Shown here: piece by piece, positions 1-13,419 of the stretch
Numbering within the stretch: position 1 is the stretch's first letter
Layout: each line of letters starts with the position of its first letter
Assembly (NCBI RefSeq): GCF_023055435.1
Contig: NW_025964383.1
Location: 9,858,001-9,922,000 of the forward strand
Direction of reading: 5' to 3'
DNA: 64,000 nt
From: Haliotis rufescens
Lineage: Eukaryota
Notes under the pieces: generated by a model
What the model was told of the DNA's origin: nothing
Databases searched by the model: none
Seen by the model: the letters and a program-made list of their open reading frames with translations, nothing else
Position numbers and translations under genes: made by a program

Positions 1-10
1 TTCATTTTAG

Positions 11-1932
11 GTATAGGTCATTCCATGATTCACGGCCCCGCACTGGTACTGATCGGAAAGTACTTCAAGAAGAGAAGAGCCATTGCAACAGCAGTTGCCA
101 TGTCTGGCATCAGTTTGGGGGGCAGTGTCTTCCCACCTCTAGCCAACTTCCTACTGAATGAATATGGAGTCAGAGGAAGTATGTTGATCCTCACAGGGCT
201 GACAATGAACGTGTGGGTCGGGGCAGCCCTGTTTAGACCATTAAGTTATTTTCAAAAGAAGGCAGCAAAGAACAGATCAGTCATGAATAAAGAACATGGA
301 GATGGAGATGATGATGTTGCTAAAGACTCTTCTGTAAAGATGGCTGTTGATGACTCTGGTGGAAACAATGCAGGGCTCTGTGACAGTCAAATGGACACAG
401 ACAAAGAAAAGGTTGTTAATAAAAGAAACAGACCTGATTCGGCTATTAGCTTTGGATCACAAATAGATGAACATTCCGAATGTCAACTAAGAATGTATAA
501 AAGCAACCCTGATTTGACATCAATGTCATTGGTGGATATACGAGAGGTTCATCCACAATATGCTGACGATCAACAAGAAACACGGCTACACAAAAGTGCG
601 TGCATGCATGTTAAACAAGCTTTCGCAGCATTTGACTTTTCCTTGTTCAAACAACCAATGTTTCAGCTGATTGCAGCATTTTCTCATTTTGGTATAGTGT
701 TTACATTAGCAGGAGCATACCTTCCTGTCCTAGCAAATGAAAAAGGCATTCCACCAACAGAGGCAGCCTTTTTGTTGACTATTGCAGGTGTGCTTGATTT
801 CTGCGGTAGACTTGCACTCGGATTCGTGGCTGATCTCAAATACATCAAAATCAATCATTTGATGGCTATTGGAATAGTAATATCTGGAACAGTGGCTCAA
901 TTCGCCTCTTTTTACAACACGTACGCACTTTTCATCGTATTCTCCGTGCTTGCCGGGATATTTGGCAGTTTTTATAATTGCCTGATTCCTATTGCCATTG
1001 TTGAGTTTATGGGACTGAAACACATGGCCAAAGTTCTTGGATTTATATCTGTGTTTCATGGACTTGCCATGTGTCTAACACATCCAATCATGGGTAAGTC
1101 TTCCAGCCACTTTGCATCTAATGTACAAATGATTATTTCCGCATTCATATATCAGGTGTCATTTATATTGTAGATGATGCATTTCTGTGTGAATAAGACT
1201 TTCATTAATACATTCAATGCTAAATTGTTTAAAAAATGATCATGCGTTTATAACATACAGGAAACTGTGGGTGTGCAAACATTTCAACTTAAAGAATGTT
1301 TGGTTTATCGAAATATTATAATGTTAGTTTAGAGGTTAATGCTAATCAGTTGATAATTTATAATGATCGAGTATAGTCATGCGTTTTTTACCAATAGTCC
1401 AGCACGATCACGGCAGGGATCATCAGAACTAACTTCACACATTGTATTCATGTTGGGAACGAACGGCGTTAACGCTTTAACTACCAGGCTATCGCTCCAT
1501 CCTAATAAGTTATAAGTCAGATTGATCATGTGATTTGCATGTATGATGTATTGATACGTTTTATGTTTCCTGTAACCAGTAAGTAATCGATTTTAAAAGC
1601 AACTGCTTGGTTTCGCGTCTTCACAGATACTGCAACTTAATTTGTGATCAGAAATAGCAAATTATAAGATATATAGTTATATAATTTGAAATATTTCACT
1701 TTTTGACTAAAATTCTAAGAAAATGTTTGAAAACATTACTCATGCTAAAACATTTCTTGCAGGGGCAATCCGTGACCTGACTGGCTCGTACAACTTGTGC
1801 TTTAACTATATTGGAATATGCAACTATATCTGTGCCATATTGCTTCTGTGCATACCACTAGTCACAAAGAAGACACCAACGACACCAAAAGCAAAGGAAT
1901 TGGAAGAAGGCCAACCACTGAAAAATGACTGA
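11..1932 (+). CDS. Gene A, SLC16/monocarboxylate transporter (MFS), 5'-partial; exons 11-1093 and 1763-1932
   Basis: Acceptor ttttag|11, donor G|gtaag at 1093/1094, acceptor ttgcag|1763, stop TGA at 1930-1932. Motifs YFKKRRAIATAVAMSG (TM4-5 loop), LDFCGR (TM8 D-x3-R) and GAIRDLTGSY (TM11-12 loop). Exons 1-3 lie upstream of the window. Confidence 0.92.
1375..1503 (-). mobile_element. Degenerate family-1 SINE in the last intron of gene A
   Basis: CTTCACACATTGTA..ATG and AACGCTTTAAC.AC.AGGCTA match family 1. Confidence 0.6.
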
Positions 1933-4915
1933 GATTGAATATTTTAAGAGTGGTTAGTGTGTGTCCATTCATCGAAATACTAGTACACATTCGTGTATAG
2001 AGTTGTGCAGCCACTGGTGTGTTGTGTTTGTGTACCGCAACATATTGGAACAATGTCGTAAACATTGTGTATAAAATAGACATGTGTCGTTTTGTTTTTC
2101 GTGTGGACCATTGGAAACACCAAAAGATTATTTTCTGAAGACCGAAAAGTGAAGCGATTGTGATCCTCCCACGTTATGTTAAATTCTACCTGCGAATAGA
2201 TAAGAAATTGATTACAGATATCATGTATTAGAAATGTAAATGTATTATGCGAGCCTTATGATATTTACGATACGTAAACATACAAGAGTAATAATATCCT
2301 TATCGTTGTTTAAGACATAATTTCACTGACTGAAGTAATGTTAGAAACCGCGAATATGATATTTGAGTGAACCGCCCATTTATCATATTGTGCCTTAATG
2401 ATTAGCAGCCCTGTTTGTCAACAGAAACACCAATATACGGGAAAGACTGCTTTGAACAATAGTTCAGTTATCAGCCTAATATGGAAGAGAAGTGACCTTT
2501 GTAGACGCCTACCAATCAGGAGAAACCTACGAAGGGCTCATATATGGTGGTGACAACCAAGTATCGCATGGGAGAAGTTTGGATTCGATAATACGGGCCG
2601 CTACTCTACATTGCGAATTATACTCCACCGGTCTGCCCGCGTCCTCTCTGAAAGCAGACACGTTGTGGACAAAGCAATAAAACTTGCTTCATTCACACGA
2701 TCGAATATCAGGGTAGATAACAGATCTAGTGATGTAGGTCAGTTGTACGACGCGGCACAGAATTCCCTCTACGTCTCTTGCCTGTACGGGTATGTGCAAT
2801 GTCAAGGAGATTAGCAGGTCAAGGGCAGCAGGGTGACCTCGTCAGTACATACCGGCTATGTCATCCCGTCTTGAAGAGAAAGCAGCTGGAGAGGAATTAT
2901 TAGTGTTCATTCAAGCCACTGATGTTATAATCGTAAATGATTTAATGTATTTGATATTTAATAAGTTCGTTTTTTAACAATGTTTGACACTGAGTTTGCG
3001 AGGTAACGCAAAGAGATAATTTTTGAAGTTCACTATTTCTTAGAAACTGAAAAACCTGTTGTGTGACTGTACAATCGGGGCCGTTCGTCTGGGGCTGCTT
3101 GTGTCTTGCAAATATAACGCTCACGACTCGATTTATAGTCTATGGTTCTGTCATGTGAGTTTGCGACTATTGATATTTGCTGACATAAGTAGCTATCATA
3201 GGTTCGTGTTAATGTATGGGTGGAGCTAAAGTGAAACAGGGTCCTAAGGTGTTATTGCCAAGCGATTCGATCATTTAACACCGTTTCTTTATGCATGTAT
3301 ACCACAGTATAAATAGTATAGGACAAGGCTGTATATCACGTTATGATGATACTCCTTTTTAACATTTGTAAAGAAGAAATGAAAATAGTTTTATTGAATG
3401 AATCGCTATTGATATTACGAGATCGAATCGATAACCCACTAACGAACCCACACGATATAAAATGTATTATTAGTTCTGAAAAGCAAATGACAATATTTTC
3501 ATTTTTTGTTTGTTTCATCTTCTTCTATATATTCCTGTTCACACAACAACACGTTTAGTTTTCTAAAGGTATTTAAACGTGCCGGAAATCTATTATCGTG
3601 GGTTCGAGTCCCAAATTCATCATGATTATGTTCGAGGTTTGTCTGCACCATGCCCGTGCTCGTGGTGGTCAACGTCTATAATCTGCATCACTTCGAGCTT
3701 CCCGTTAAATTAAGCTGACACGCTGTCATATAAATGTACAAAGCATTGTTAAACCGAACTCATTCATGTTTCTTCTTTGAAGGTGTAAGAAACGGTGATG
3801 AATGAATGTGTGAATGGTGTTTTACGCCGCAGCCATATTCAAGCTATATCATTGTGTCATTGAAGCAGGCTGAAAGTAGTTCTGGCCTAAAGTATTAATT
3901 AACTCAATTGAAGTGTTAACGGTATTTCTTTCCGATAAATAAAGTATTCATCACTAGATACACAATACAAACTGATATGTCATAATCGATGAGACATAAA
4001 TTTAAGAGTAAGAAGTAGCCGATGCATTATTTACTGAGTTGAGGGAAAGTCATTTGTACAAAAGATGCAGATAGCTTGGGAGATCGGTGAACTATGACAT
4101 GCAATGGTAGCAAACGTGTTTATTTCAGTCAATCAATCGGGACGGCCTTCGGAATGCAAAACATGAGCGTCATGTGTATTCAGTCTCACTGTTTACCTAC
4201 TGTACGAAATATTGATTTTAAACAAACATTTCGGTCTCTTATCTTAAGACACATCAAGTTCGCACAGTGCAGTGTCCCTGCTAATCTCGTAGTGTGTTTA
4301 CTAGCCTATGGTTTATTGTTATATTGCATGGGGGGGGAGGGCATAATGTCCATATTCATTTTTAGCGCTAATGTTTTCATCCACGATGATATCGATTGTT
4401 GTATTGCTGAATGGAAAAGGTCTTTATCCACCTTGACACTTTCACTCTTATTCTACAATCAAACATTACTCTTTGATATTCAAAGCATCATATTACTTTA
4501 GAAGCAAGATCTACAGTGAACTGATACTTTTGTATTGATAGCAATTGATTACTTGAGATATATGCACATGATTGTGAATATAATGTGAAATTTGAACGTT
4601 TTAATATCATACAATACATGTTAAATTAAACTGTGGACATGGACCCGGAGAGAGATAAATCAGTATGAAATCATATACTAAATCTAAGCCATGGATGACC
4701 ATGTTAGCAGTGCCGAGTTGCGTCCCTTTGGCGACGGGATGCACTGATCGTAGGTTCGAATCCCAATTAGTATTACTGGTCAGCGTATGTTTTAAGACGG
4801 ATGACGGATTTAGGCATAGTTGGAGTAATGGCAACTGTATCCCAAATAATATCATGTAATTATCGGTGTAACTTTATGACGGCGACTCTGTGCTTCTGGT
4901 TTTACAAGAAGTTGG

Positions 4916-5428
4916 ACCGCCTCCGTGGTCTAGTAGTACAGCGTCTGCCCGAAGAGCGGAAGGTTCGGGGTTCGATCCCTGACCGCGTCATCCCAAAGTA
5001 CGATAAAATATGGTACTTGTTGTTACCCTGCCGAGCTCTCGGCATTAAGGGGCTAAAATGGGTTGGCTCGGAGTCAGTATACTGGTTCTGAGTAGGGTAT
5101 TCATGTTAAACTGCGACATGGAATCTCAGTGTACCAGCACCATAAATCGGCATACGTNNNNNNNNNNNNNNNNNNNNNNNNNNNNNNNNNNNNNNNNNNN
5201 NNNNNNNNNNNNNNNNNNNNNNNNNNNNNNNNNNNNNNNNNNNNNNNNNNNNNNNNNNNNNNNNNNNNNNNNNNNNNNNNNNNNNNNNNNNNNNNNNNNN
5301 NNNNNNNNNNNNNNNNNNNNNNNNNNNNNNNNNNNNNNNNNNNNNNNNNNNNNNNNNNNNNNNNNNNNNNNNNNNNNNNNNNNNNNNNNNNNNNNNNNNN
5401 TAAGTGCAATAATCCTGAACGCGACGTT
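4916..5428 (+). mobile_element. tRNA-derived SINE (family 2) spanning the assembly gap
   Basis: A box TGGTCTAGTAG and B box GGTTCGATCCC; the tail TAAGTGCAATAATC..CGCGACGTT after the gap matches the tails of the copies at 10797 and 12837. Confidence 0.8.
5158..5400. other. Assembly gap (243 N)
   Basis: Run of N. Confidence 1.
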
Positions 5429-5892
5429 GTGTCGGCCAGGGTTGTATTGTTTATTGGTAATTACAACAAGTAAACCGCACAAGTAGAGAAGTAGTCACGA
5501 TGAATTCTATACCCAAATCATTGTGTGGCTTCAGTTAAGTTCTCTTGTAAACGCTTAAGCGTTTTTGTATCATTTCAAAAATAAATTTGCGTGACAAACA
5601 AATGTGAAATTACATTTTATTGTCGCACCCTACCGATTCTATTTCCAAGGGTTTTCTATTATTTGTCCGACCACCGATAACAAAGCCTATATAGACATTA
5701 ATGTGTATTTATTATATTTCTTTGGACGTTACCTACAATAAGAACATTGAATGCCCTCAATAACACGAATTCAGTTCATTTTAATGTCATTGGGATGATA
5801 AAGAGTTAAAACATTCAAACACTCACAACAGGTGAATATTTATACTTCTGGACACCAAACCAGTAAAATGCCTGGAAAAGATAAATTTCCCA

Positions 5893-8800
5893 TTACAGTT
5901 CAGTTGTTTGCTGCAAGGGTTTGATTTCCTCTTTATTTTCGTTTAAAGTTTTTTCATTAAGATGCCTCGTAACATGTCTTGTTAGTAGTGGTACACACAA
6001 CAGAACGATTGCTGATGTATATGCACATGCACCAAGATAGTTGAAGCCTGCAGTATACGAACCAGTGCAATCTGTGAGACTACCTGTAAGAAGAAAATAC
6101 AATGCATCATATAATCGGTGGTTGATGATTATTATAATAACTGGGACTTCTCGAAGTCGATATGTCATTAACAAAAATGTAATGGTAATTCTTATTGCCA
6201 CAATTGTTTAATATATGTTTCTCTCGAACTACGGATTACTGGATCTCTTTTTTTCATGCTTATGACGAGTTACAAGGCGTCACTGTAAATACACAAATAA
6301 ATGACAGTTATCATTCCTCATTCTATGTGTAAAGCTAATGACTTTACAGTTGTATATGCATTAAATATTTGTACACCATATCGACCATGTTATACTTACC
6401 TACGATAGGGTGCGTTATGGCCATTGAAACACCATGGAAAAGAGATACAAAGCCAAGTGTCTTCGCCATGTACTGCAATCCAAGGAGGTCTACAATTGCG
6501 ACAGGAATCAGGCAAAAGTAGGAGCTCGCGAACATTCCGTACACTACAGAATATATCAGCAATGTCACATACGAATTGAAAAAAAATGTGAGATGAGTCA
6601 TAGTCCCAGTAATTATAAGACCAATCGCCATAATCGTTGTAACTCGCATGATTTTCGTGTCTGCCAAAAACCCATAGAACAACCTGCTAAAGAAATCTAT
6701 TGCTCCAGATATGAGCAGAAATATTGCAGCGTCACTCTGGCTGATGTCTTTGTCTTTAGCCAACGCAGGCAAGTATACCGGCACAAGGCCTATGGTTATT
6801 CCAAAGAAAGAATACAAAATGATTAATACAAACACTGGATTCTTGAACAATGAAAACTCCAATGTTGAAAGCACTTTCTTCATGTAAAATATCGCATTCT
6901 TGGAAGTGACAGTATCCTTCTCACTATTTTCATCAACTTTTGGAAACGCTTCATCTTCATCTTCTGCACTTAACACTGACACTGAACCCAGCTCGGCATT
7001 GCTTGCATACAGATTGAAGCTTATTTGACTCGTCCCTGACAGTGGTCTGCTGATTCTTCTTACGAGTGTAGGCGAATCAGGTACACCTGTATTGAGGAGC
7101 GAATACCCTTGAAGGGGAGACCTTCCTATCATTTCCGAGGTAATAGAGCTTACACTCAGAAACTTTTCAGGATTTAATTTTCCAAAATGTTTCATATCAG
7201 CTCTCAATGAACGCCGATTTAGTTTGGTATCTGCTGCATGTCCGTTTTGTTTTGTGTTTGCTGTTGTCTTCATTTTTCTGTACGACTCCAGCGGGCGGTT
7301 CACCATTCCACCCACCCACATGTTCATTGTTATTCCTGTGAGTATTATCATACTGCCCTGTAACCCATACTCGTCTAAAAGGTATCGTATCAAAGGGGGA
7401 AACACGCTGCTGCCAAAACTGATGCCGGACATAGCTATTGCTGTAGCAAGTCCTCGTCGTTTGTTGAAGTAGTGCCCAATCAGAACAATAGCTGGTCCAT
7501 AGATCATGGAGTGTCCCAAACCTGTGTGTGGAAATACATATATCATCAGTGCACATCAAAGTGATAGGGATACGAGCAATGAGAAACACAGTGAGCATCA
7601 TGAAAAGCCAAAGGTAGCAGTATTCCACCCGCTTGTAGTTGGCGACACTAATGGTAGGATCCACACATTTTACAAATGACCATTGTCTCTTAACATACAC
7701 GCTGTAATCGTTCGGCAAGTGCAGTTTTCAGATAACAGGGTGCTGACTAATAAAATGTCATTGTAATTTAGTGTGCGGATGCATTAATCATTTGGCCACC
7801 AATTCGATCTTAGATTACCTTCAGCAAAATGCCATTTATCAATTTCGTAAAGAAAAAAACAATAAATTAGAAAGATCTTCTATTGTTTGTTGGCTCAACG
7901 GTCTCCATATGAGTTGGGTTGTCCATCTCATTACTGTCAACTGAATGATGGCGAGAAAGTCAAAGTGACATTGGAAGTAGTGTTATGTGCCGGATGGCGA
8001 TGGCAGCAAACGCAGTGGTGATCAGATGTTAACAGACAGTGATGAAAGTCATCTGTCCCTGGTAGTTGACAATTATGAAAGGCTTGATAGTTCGAGAAAG
8101 ATGCGACAGTTTCTGGAAGGTTGGCTATACCTGTGTATGGGCGACAAGCGGGCCCTTTTCAGGCTGACTTGCGTTGTATGTACTTGCCAAGTGTGGATTG
8201 CCGACATTATTCTTGATTCAAGAACGAAAACAGGCCCGTGTCAAGACATTCGACAGTGACACATTTCTGGGCATCATTAATTCTTGAGCATGCTACCATT
8301 TGCTTCTGTCACCTATTTGACCCGTTGCATTGTCTTATTTCATTGTAAACCTCAAACTGATTATTTCAAAACACAAGGAAATTTATTGATTATTAATTGA
8401 TCTTTTGTGGTGGTTTACTGATTTTGCGTTTCACTTCCGAATCACACAGTAACAGTATGCGATAGAAATGCTGCTATACAAAAAAATAATAACAGGGGTC
8501 CTTAACCACCAAGCAGTGGATCCTAGATCGGCTAAGCAGAGCTACGATGCACAGCAAATTATGCCACCAAATAAACGTGTATATAAACGGAGATGTGTTA
8601 GCAAATATTATACATGTATGATTTCTCATCTGTTTGATGTTTTACGCCGTACACAGCAAATTCAATATGACGGTGACTTTAAATAATCGCGTCTGAAGTA
8701 TTTTGAAAAACGACCCACACCGTCGGGTGTGATGGCATCCAATCAACAGAATCAGAGATTCATTAAGGGACTTATCACATGCTCTTTGTGCCTATTTCAA

Positions 8801-11800
8801 GCCTTAATCAAACCAGGATGTGGCATTTATTAAATGAACATCCGTTCATGTTTGTGTTGTACATGAGCAGCTTTAGTTCACATACTACATCCTACATTCA
8901 GTGTGCATGTATCATGTATGGTGATAAGAGAATCGTAAATATAATGATATCCTTACCGATAAATGCACTGTGTGTACAAATCAAGTACGTAATACTTGTA
9001 GGGAAGATAGCCATTACCATGGCAGCGGTTGTTATGGTTGCTCCTAGCATCACAGTTTTCCTGACTCCAAGAAGGTCTACCAGTACGTGCATGGATATGA
9101 GTGCTGGAAGAGGAAACCGGATAAAAAGAATGCCTAAAACAAATACGCGGCTATCCACTAAGATGCACATACACTCAACATCTTAACAAGACAGCATATA
9201 CTTGGAGATACATGTGTGTATGTACTTACTCACTTAATATACATTAAAAAACGCCTAGCATACTCACAAAATTCATCATAAATTCTCAGAAGATGGGCTT
9301 GTCAAAACTAAGAAGAAAATAACACAAAATAGTTTCAGTGCAATTCCGTTATTCTGAAACCCTTTGGTCAAATACTGTTGGAACTATACAGGGTAATTAA
9401 AGTCAGCATAGTAACTCTGCAGATTTTAGGGCATACTTAATCACAAATGCATGACCAAAACAGAATTTGGATAACGGAAATAGCGTAAAACAGACAAAAC
9501 AAACATCAAAACGCGACATCGTCGTCAAAAGAAAAATTCATCCAGTAAGGGGAACACGAGTAAGGTGCTGACAAATCTTGAAACAAAATTGGAGTGAACA
9601 AGAATGTCAAAATAAGAATTTGCACGTGGAAGAAATCTGATTTATAGTGACACAAATAGTGTCAGAGCAACCCGTTAGTCCTGAACCTTCCTTCAGAACA
9701 GAAAAGTTCAGAACTTTATTTGCTCTCAGGACGATATATTCGGCATATGAGGTACAAACGCAAAGTACAAATTACATGATGGCGGAAGTAGAATGACTAT
9801 TTAACGAATTTCATGATAATATTACAAAATATGCTTAGTTTTTTATGATGCCGAGTTTTGTACATTGAAAGAGAGATTGAAAACTAACATGTCCAGTGCA
9901 TCTGAATAACATTTCGGAACAAATATCTTACGTTCTGATTTAAGATATGGACGCAAAAAATGTAATCTTATGATATTCATCCCTTATATCGGACAGATGG
10001 CAAAAAGTACATTGCGCTCTAGAAGGAGCAATCTATTGCGTTCATTATTGTTGGCATACTACTATTTTTATTTTAGAAATACACGACGAAAGGGAGTCGT
10101 TCATCGTGCAATAAAACACTGCAGGGAGAATAAACCATAATAGGCCCAGCCCCGAGTGGTTTATTCTCACTGCAGTGTTTTATTATACGATAAACAACGA
10201 CCACGAGTCTTTTATATCTTATATCAGATATCAACATTATGTGCAGCTTCTTTAAGGATGTTACTAAAACTTACAAGCTTTAAAAATATTCGCCCGTATT
10301 TCAATTATGATGACTCCCTCAATAGAATCCGACCTCGGCAATGTCGGACAAGTCCATTTTATGCACAGGTGGGTATTCCCCTCACATTCGTACAATCCTC
10401 ACATCAATTACCTGTACCTTTTCTCCCAATACCGATTGTCATATCTCTTCCGTATTTGGATACGATCGCTCTGCCATCGCATTTATCTGCGTACACGCAA
10501 CTTAGTTGTTGTTGTGTAACAATTTACTACACAATATGCGCATGTATACTTACAAGACAGGCTATAGACACCAGCCATGACGCCCATCAGTAATGTGGTT
10601 TTGGTGGTTGATGCCTCGAATAACGTCAAGTATTCCACGAAAAGGATTGCCATCCCTCGGGCATAGCCAATCATTATAATGACGTTGAGAAAACATCCTG
10701 AAAAGGGTATTTTTTGCTCAAAATGATGATACGGAGACATACTCATAAGACAAAGAGAACAAACACTCTGAGTGAGTGAGTGAATTTGATCTTAGGTGAG
10801 GTGAGGTGAAATTGGGTTTAACGTCGCGGCCAAGATTATTGCACTTATATAGCGACGTGCATGTACGTGTATGTGTTTGTGTGGCTGCTTCTACTAGTCC
10901 GGACTGATGCCGATTAATAGTGCTAGCTCACTGAGATACCATGCCGCAGTTTAACATGAATACCCAACTCAGACACAGTATACTGACTCCGAGCCGACCA
11001 GTCCTTGTTTTAGCCCTCTAATGCCGAGCGCCAGACAGGGTAACAACAAGTATCATCTTTTAACGTATTTTGGTATGACGCGGCCGGGGATCAAATCCCG
11101 GACCTTCCGCTCTCCGGGCGGACGCTCTACCACTAGACCAAGGAGGCGGTGTTGATCTTAGGAGTAGTTATTTCAGCTTTGTCACAGTGAATCAGCTTAA
11201 GGTTGGACGTAATGCAAAACTGACGCTAGTAGAGATCTTTACTTATTTTGTTTGTGAAACCAAAGAGAACGCATGTAGCGCTGGCAAACAAAGGGTCATT
11301 ATCAACACGAATCTTATATTAGAACCTAAGATGAGAGGACGTGATTTTGTACAGCGTAGTACGATGCCTTTGGCTACTTTGTCACCCTTGACTCCAACAA
11401 AGATAAAATAATACTTCCGAAAATATCAAGTTCCCATGCTAAAACGTATTGTCATCCCTATACCAAGACGCATATATGACAGGGTGACAATAGTTGTCAG
11501 TATGAGTACATGGGACCCTGGTACGATTGCACATCAGACATCTAAATAGTAAGATAGACACAATATTTTTATGGATAACAACTTCTTTAATACCTTTTCA
11601 CAGTATTAAAGAAGTTGTTATCCATAAAAAAATATTGTGTCTATCTTGTCATCCGTCAACTTCTATGTAATGCCTATCAAACAAGTTATCTAAATAGTAT
11701 TGAACAATTTTACTGTTGGGGGCGGAGTGGGCAAGGCGAGCAAGCGCAATGAGATGAGATTCGGCCGGGTTGTGGACCAACAATGTTTACAGATGTTTAC

Positions 11801-12542
11801 AGTGTCGTTTCCCCTAGTGTACAGCGCATTCGCCCTTTGCACTCAAAAGAACGCCCTCATCCGATGGTAGATGTACAAATGTTGGAAAAGCGAATACGTT
11901 CATACTCGAGTGTAAGAGTTTGTGGTGTCAGCTTGGGCAAGTGACTTAGTGCCTCTGTTCACCAAGCAGGGAATGGGTACCCGATATGTGAGGTGGATGT
12001 AAAACCCCCGTTGGCAGCTTGGGTATTATACACCCCAGGGAGTTGACAAAGGATACATACGGATTCACTGGTCGGGGATCAACTAAACCACATTTGAGCA
12101 GATACCAGTACCTGAATAATTGCAGAAGGAATATAGGTATGTTGGTAAGCGACATTGTGATATTGGTTCAAAGTTACGCAATGAAATGGACAAATGTTGC
12201 ACATGTTGATTAAAGAATATTACCATTGGCAAGTTACTACATACCCGCTAGTATCATCCACGCCCAGCCTCCATCTATGGGGAGATGACTGTCATCAGTC
12301 TCACCCATCTGGACATCCGTAGTTTTTGTAACAGGCATCGCCACGTGTCCCGATTCACCGACATGTACATCGTTGTGTTGGTGTACCTTAGAGAGTCTGT
12401 TCCGGACAAACACATCCTCTTCTTCCTCGCTGCTTGCTCCAATGATATTGATGCTAAAATCCTCCACCTCGGCTTCGAGGCTTTCAGGACCGTATGCAGT
12501 CCCATACCGGTCTGCCGGCACACACTCTTCATCAGAATCCAT
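5893..12542 (-). CDS. Gene B, SLC16/MCT family transporter, 633 aa; exons 12542-12245, 10697-10554, 9103-8957, 7521-6400, 6083-5893
   Basis: All junctions are GT-AG and phase 1; exons total 1902 nt in an open frame. Motifs PIDGGWAW (SLC16 N-terminal motif), YFNKRRGLA and IDFFSR. Confidence 0.92.
10073..10450. repeat. Hairpin-ended interspersed repeat in intron 2 of gene B
   Basis: About 150-bp imperfect palindrome (ATAAAACACTGCAGGGAGAATAAACCA / TGGTTTATTCTCACTGCAGTGTTTTAT) plus a roughly 230-bp tail; homologs at 24155, 27331 and 43670. Confidence 0.75.
10797..11151 (-). mobile_element. tRNA-derived SINE (family 2), full length
   Basis: Pol III A/B boxes on the - strand, (TCACC)n tail, 11-bp TSD TTGATCTTAGG (10786-10796 / 11152-11162). 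Confidence 0.88.
11551..11687. repeat. Hairpin insertion: 43-bp inverted repeat with 9-nt loop plus 40-nt tail
   Basis: Arms 11551-11593 and 11603-11647; flanked by the direct repeat ATCTAAATAGTA (11540-11551 / 11688-11699). Confidence 0.8.
11922..12070 (+). mobile_element. Old SINE fragment with CORE/Nin-Deu-like domain
   Basis: TTGGGCAAGTGACTT..GTGCCTCTGTTCACCAAGCAG..AATGGGTACC..CCCCAGGGAGTTGA resembles these conserved SINE domains (recalled, not searched). Confidence 0.45.
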
Positions 12543-12836
12543 TCGGGCTCTACATCGTACGTTATCTCAGCTAAATGTTAACGCTTACCTTTGCACCTTC
12601 ACTATCAAGGAGGTTGATGTGTACAACATTCATACTGTTATCAGTATAGGTGTGCGCGTTCATTGGTGAAGTAGCTAATGATTTCATCATGTACGCATCA
12701 TGCACAGCTCTCTCGGTAATTATATGGCATCACCATAACCGGTTCACCAAGCTAAACTGGTTTTGATGTCTGCTGTCTGTGTTTAATGCATATGAATGTC
12801 TTATTTTGGAGTGTCCAGTAGGTCTTCCTGATGAGG

Positions 12837-13181
12837 TGAGGTGAAATCGGGTTTAACAAAATTATTGCACTTATTAAGTGACGTGCATATACGTGTGTGT
12901 GTTTGTGTGTGTGTGTGTGTGTCCGGCAGCTGGTACCAGTCCGGACTTATGCCGATTTTATGGTGCAAGCCCACTGAGGTACCATGTCGAAGTGTATCAT
13001 GAATACGCGACTTGGTACACTGAATCTAATCCGATCAGTCCTTGTTTTAGCCCGTTAATGGCGAAGGTAACAACAAGTACCATCGTTTAACGTATTTTGG
13101 TATGACTCGGCAGAGGATCGAACCCCCGACCTTGCCCTCTTCGGGCAGACGCTCTATCACTAGACCAAGGAGACGGTCTCA
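12837..13181 (-). mobile_element. tRNA-derived SINE (family 2)
   Basis: Homologous to 10797-11151; TSD TCCTGAT(G/A)AGG. Confidence 0.82.
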
Positions 13182-13419
13182 TCCTGATAAGGCAATGTTA
13201 GCTATATGAAATAGATCCTTATACTTTCCTTGTGGATAGTTCAGATTAGGTACGGCTATATATGTGGTTTGTCCTGGATTGTCTGCATCACACTGCCTTG
13301 ATTGGATTTGCACATGATGGTCTCATTCGCCTTGATCAAGAAAGCATCGACTCTAATGTATCTACTACCTATCTACATTTATCTACTACCTATCTACGCG
13401 TATCTACTACATACATGCA

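Noticed and set aside
5058-5486. ORFs of 100-140 aa
   Set aside because: Artefacts of translating through the N gap.
6434-7718. Recurrent antisense or alternative-frame ORFs over exon 4 and the other exons in several paralogs
   Set aside because: Shadows of the duplicated SLC16 coding sequence, with variable stops between paralogs.
12826-12850. CTGATGAGGTGAGGTGAAA as a hammerhead core
   Set aside because: Chance junction of a SINE TSD and its (GGTGA)n tail; no stems.
13358-13412. Short 21-bp tandem repeat (TATCTACTACCTATCTAC..) as a CRISPR-like array
   Set aside because: No spacers, eukaryotic context; a simple minisatellite.
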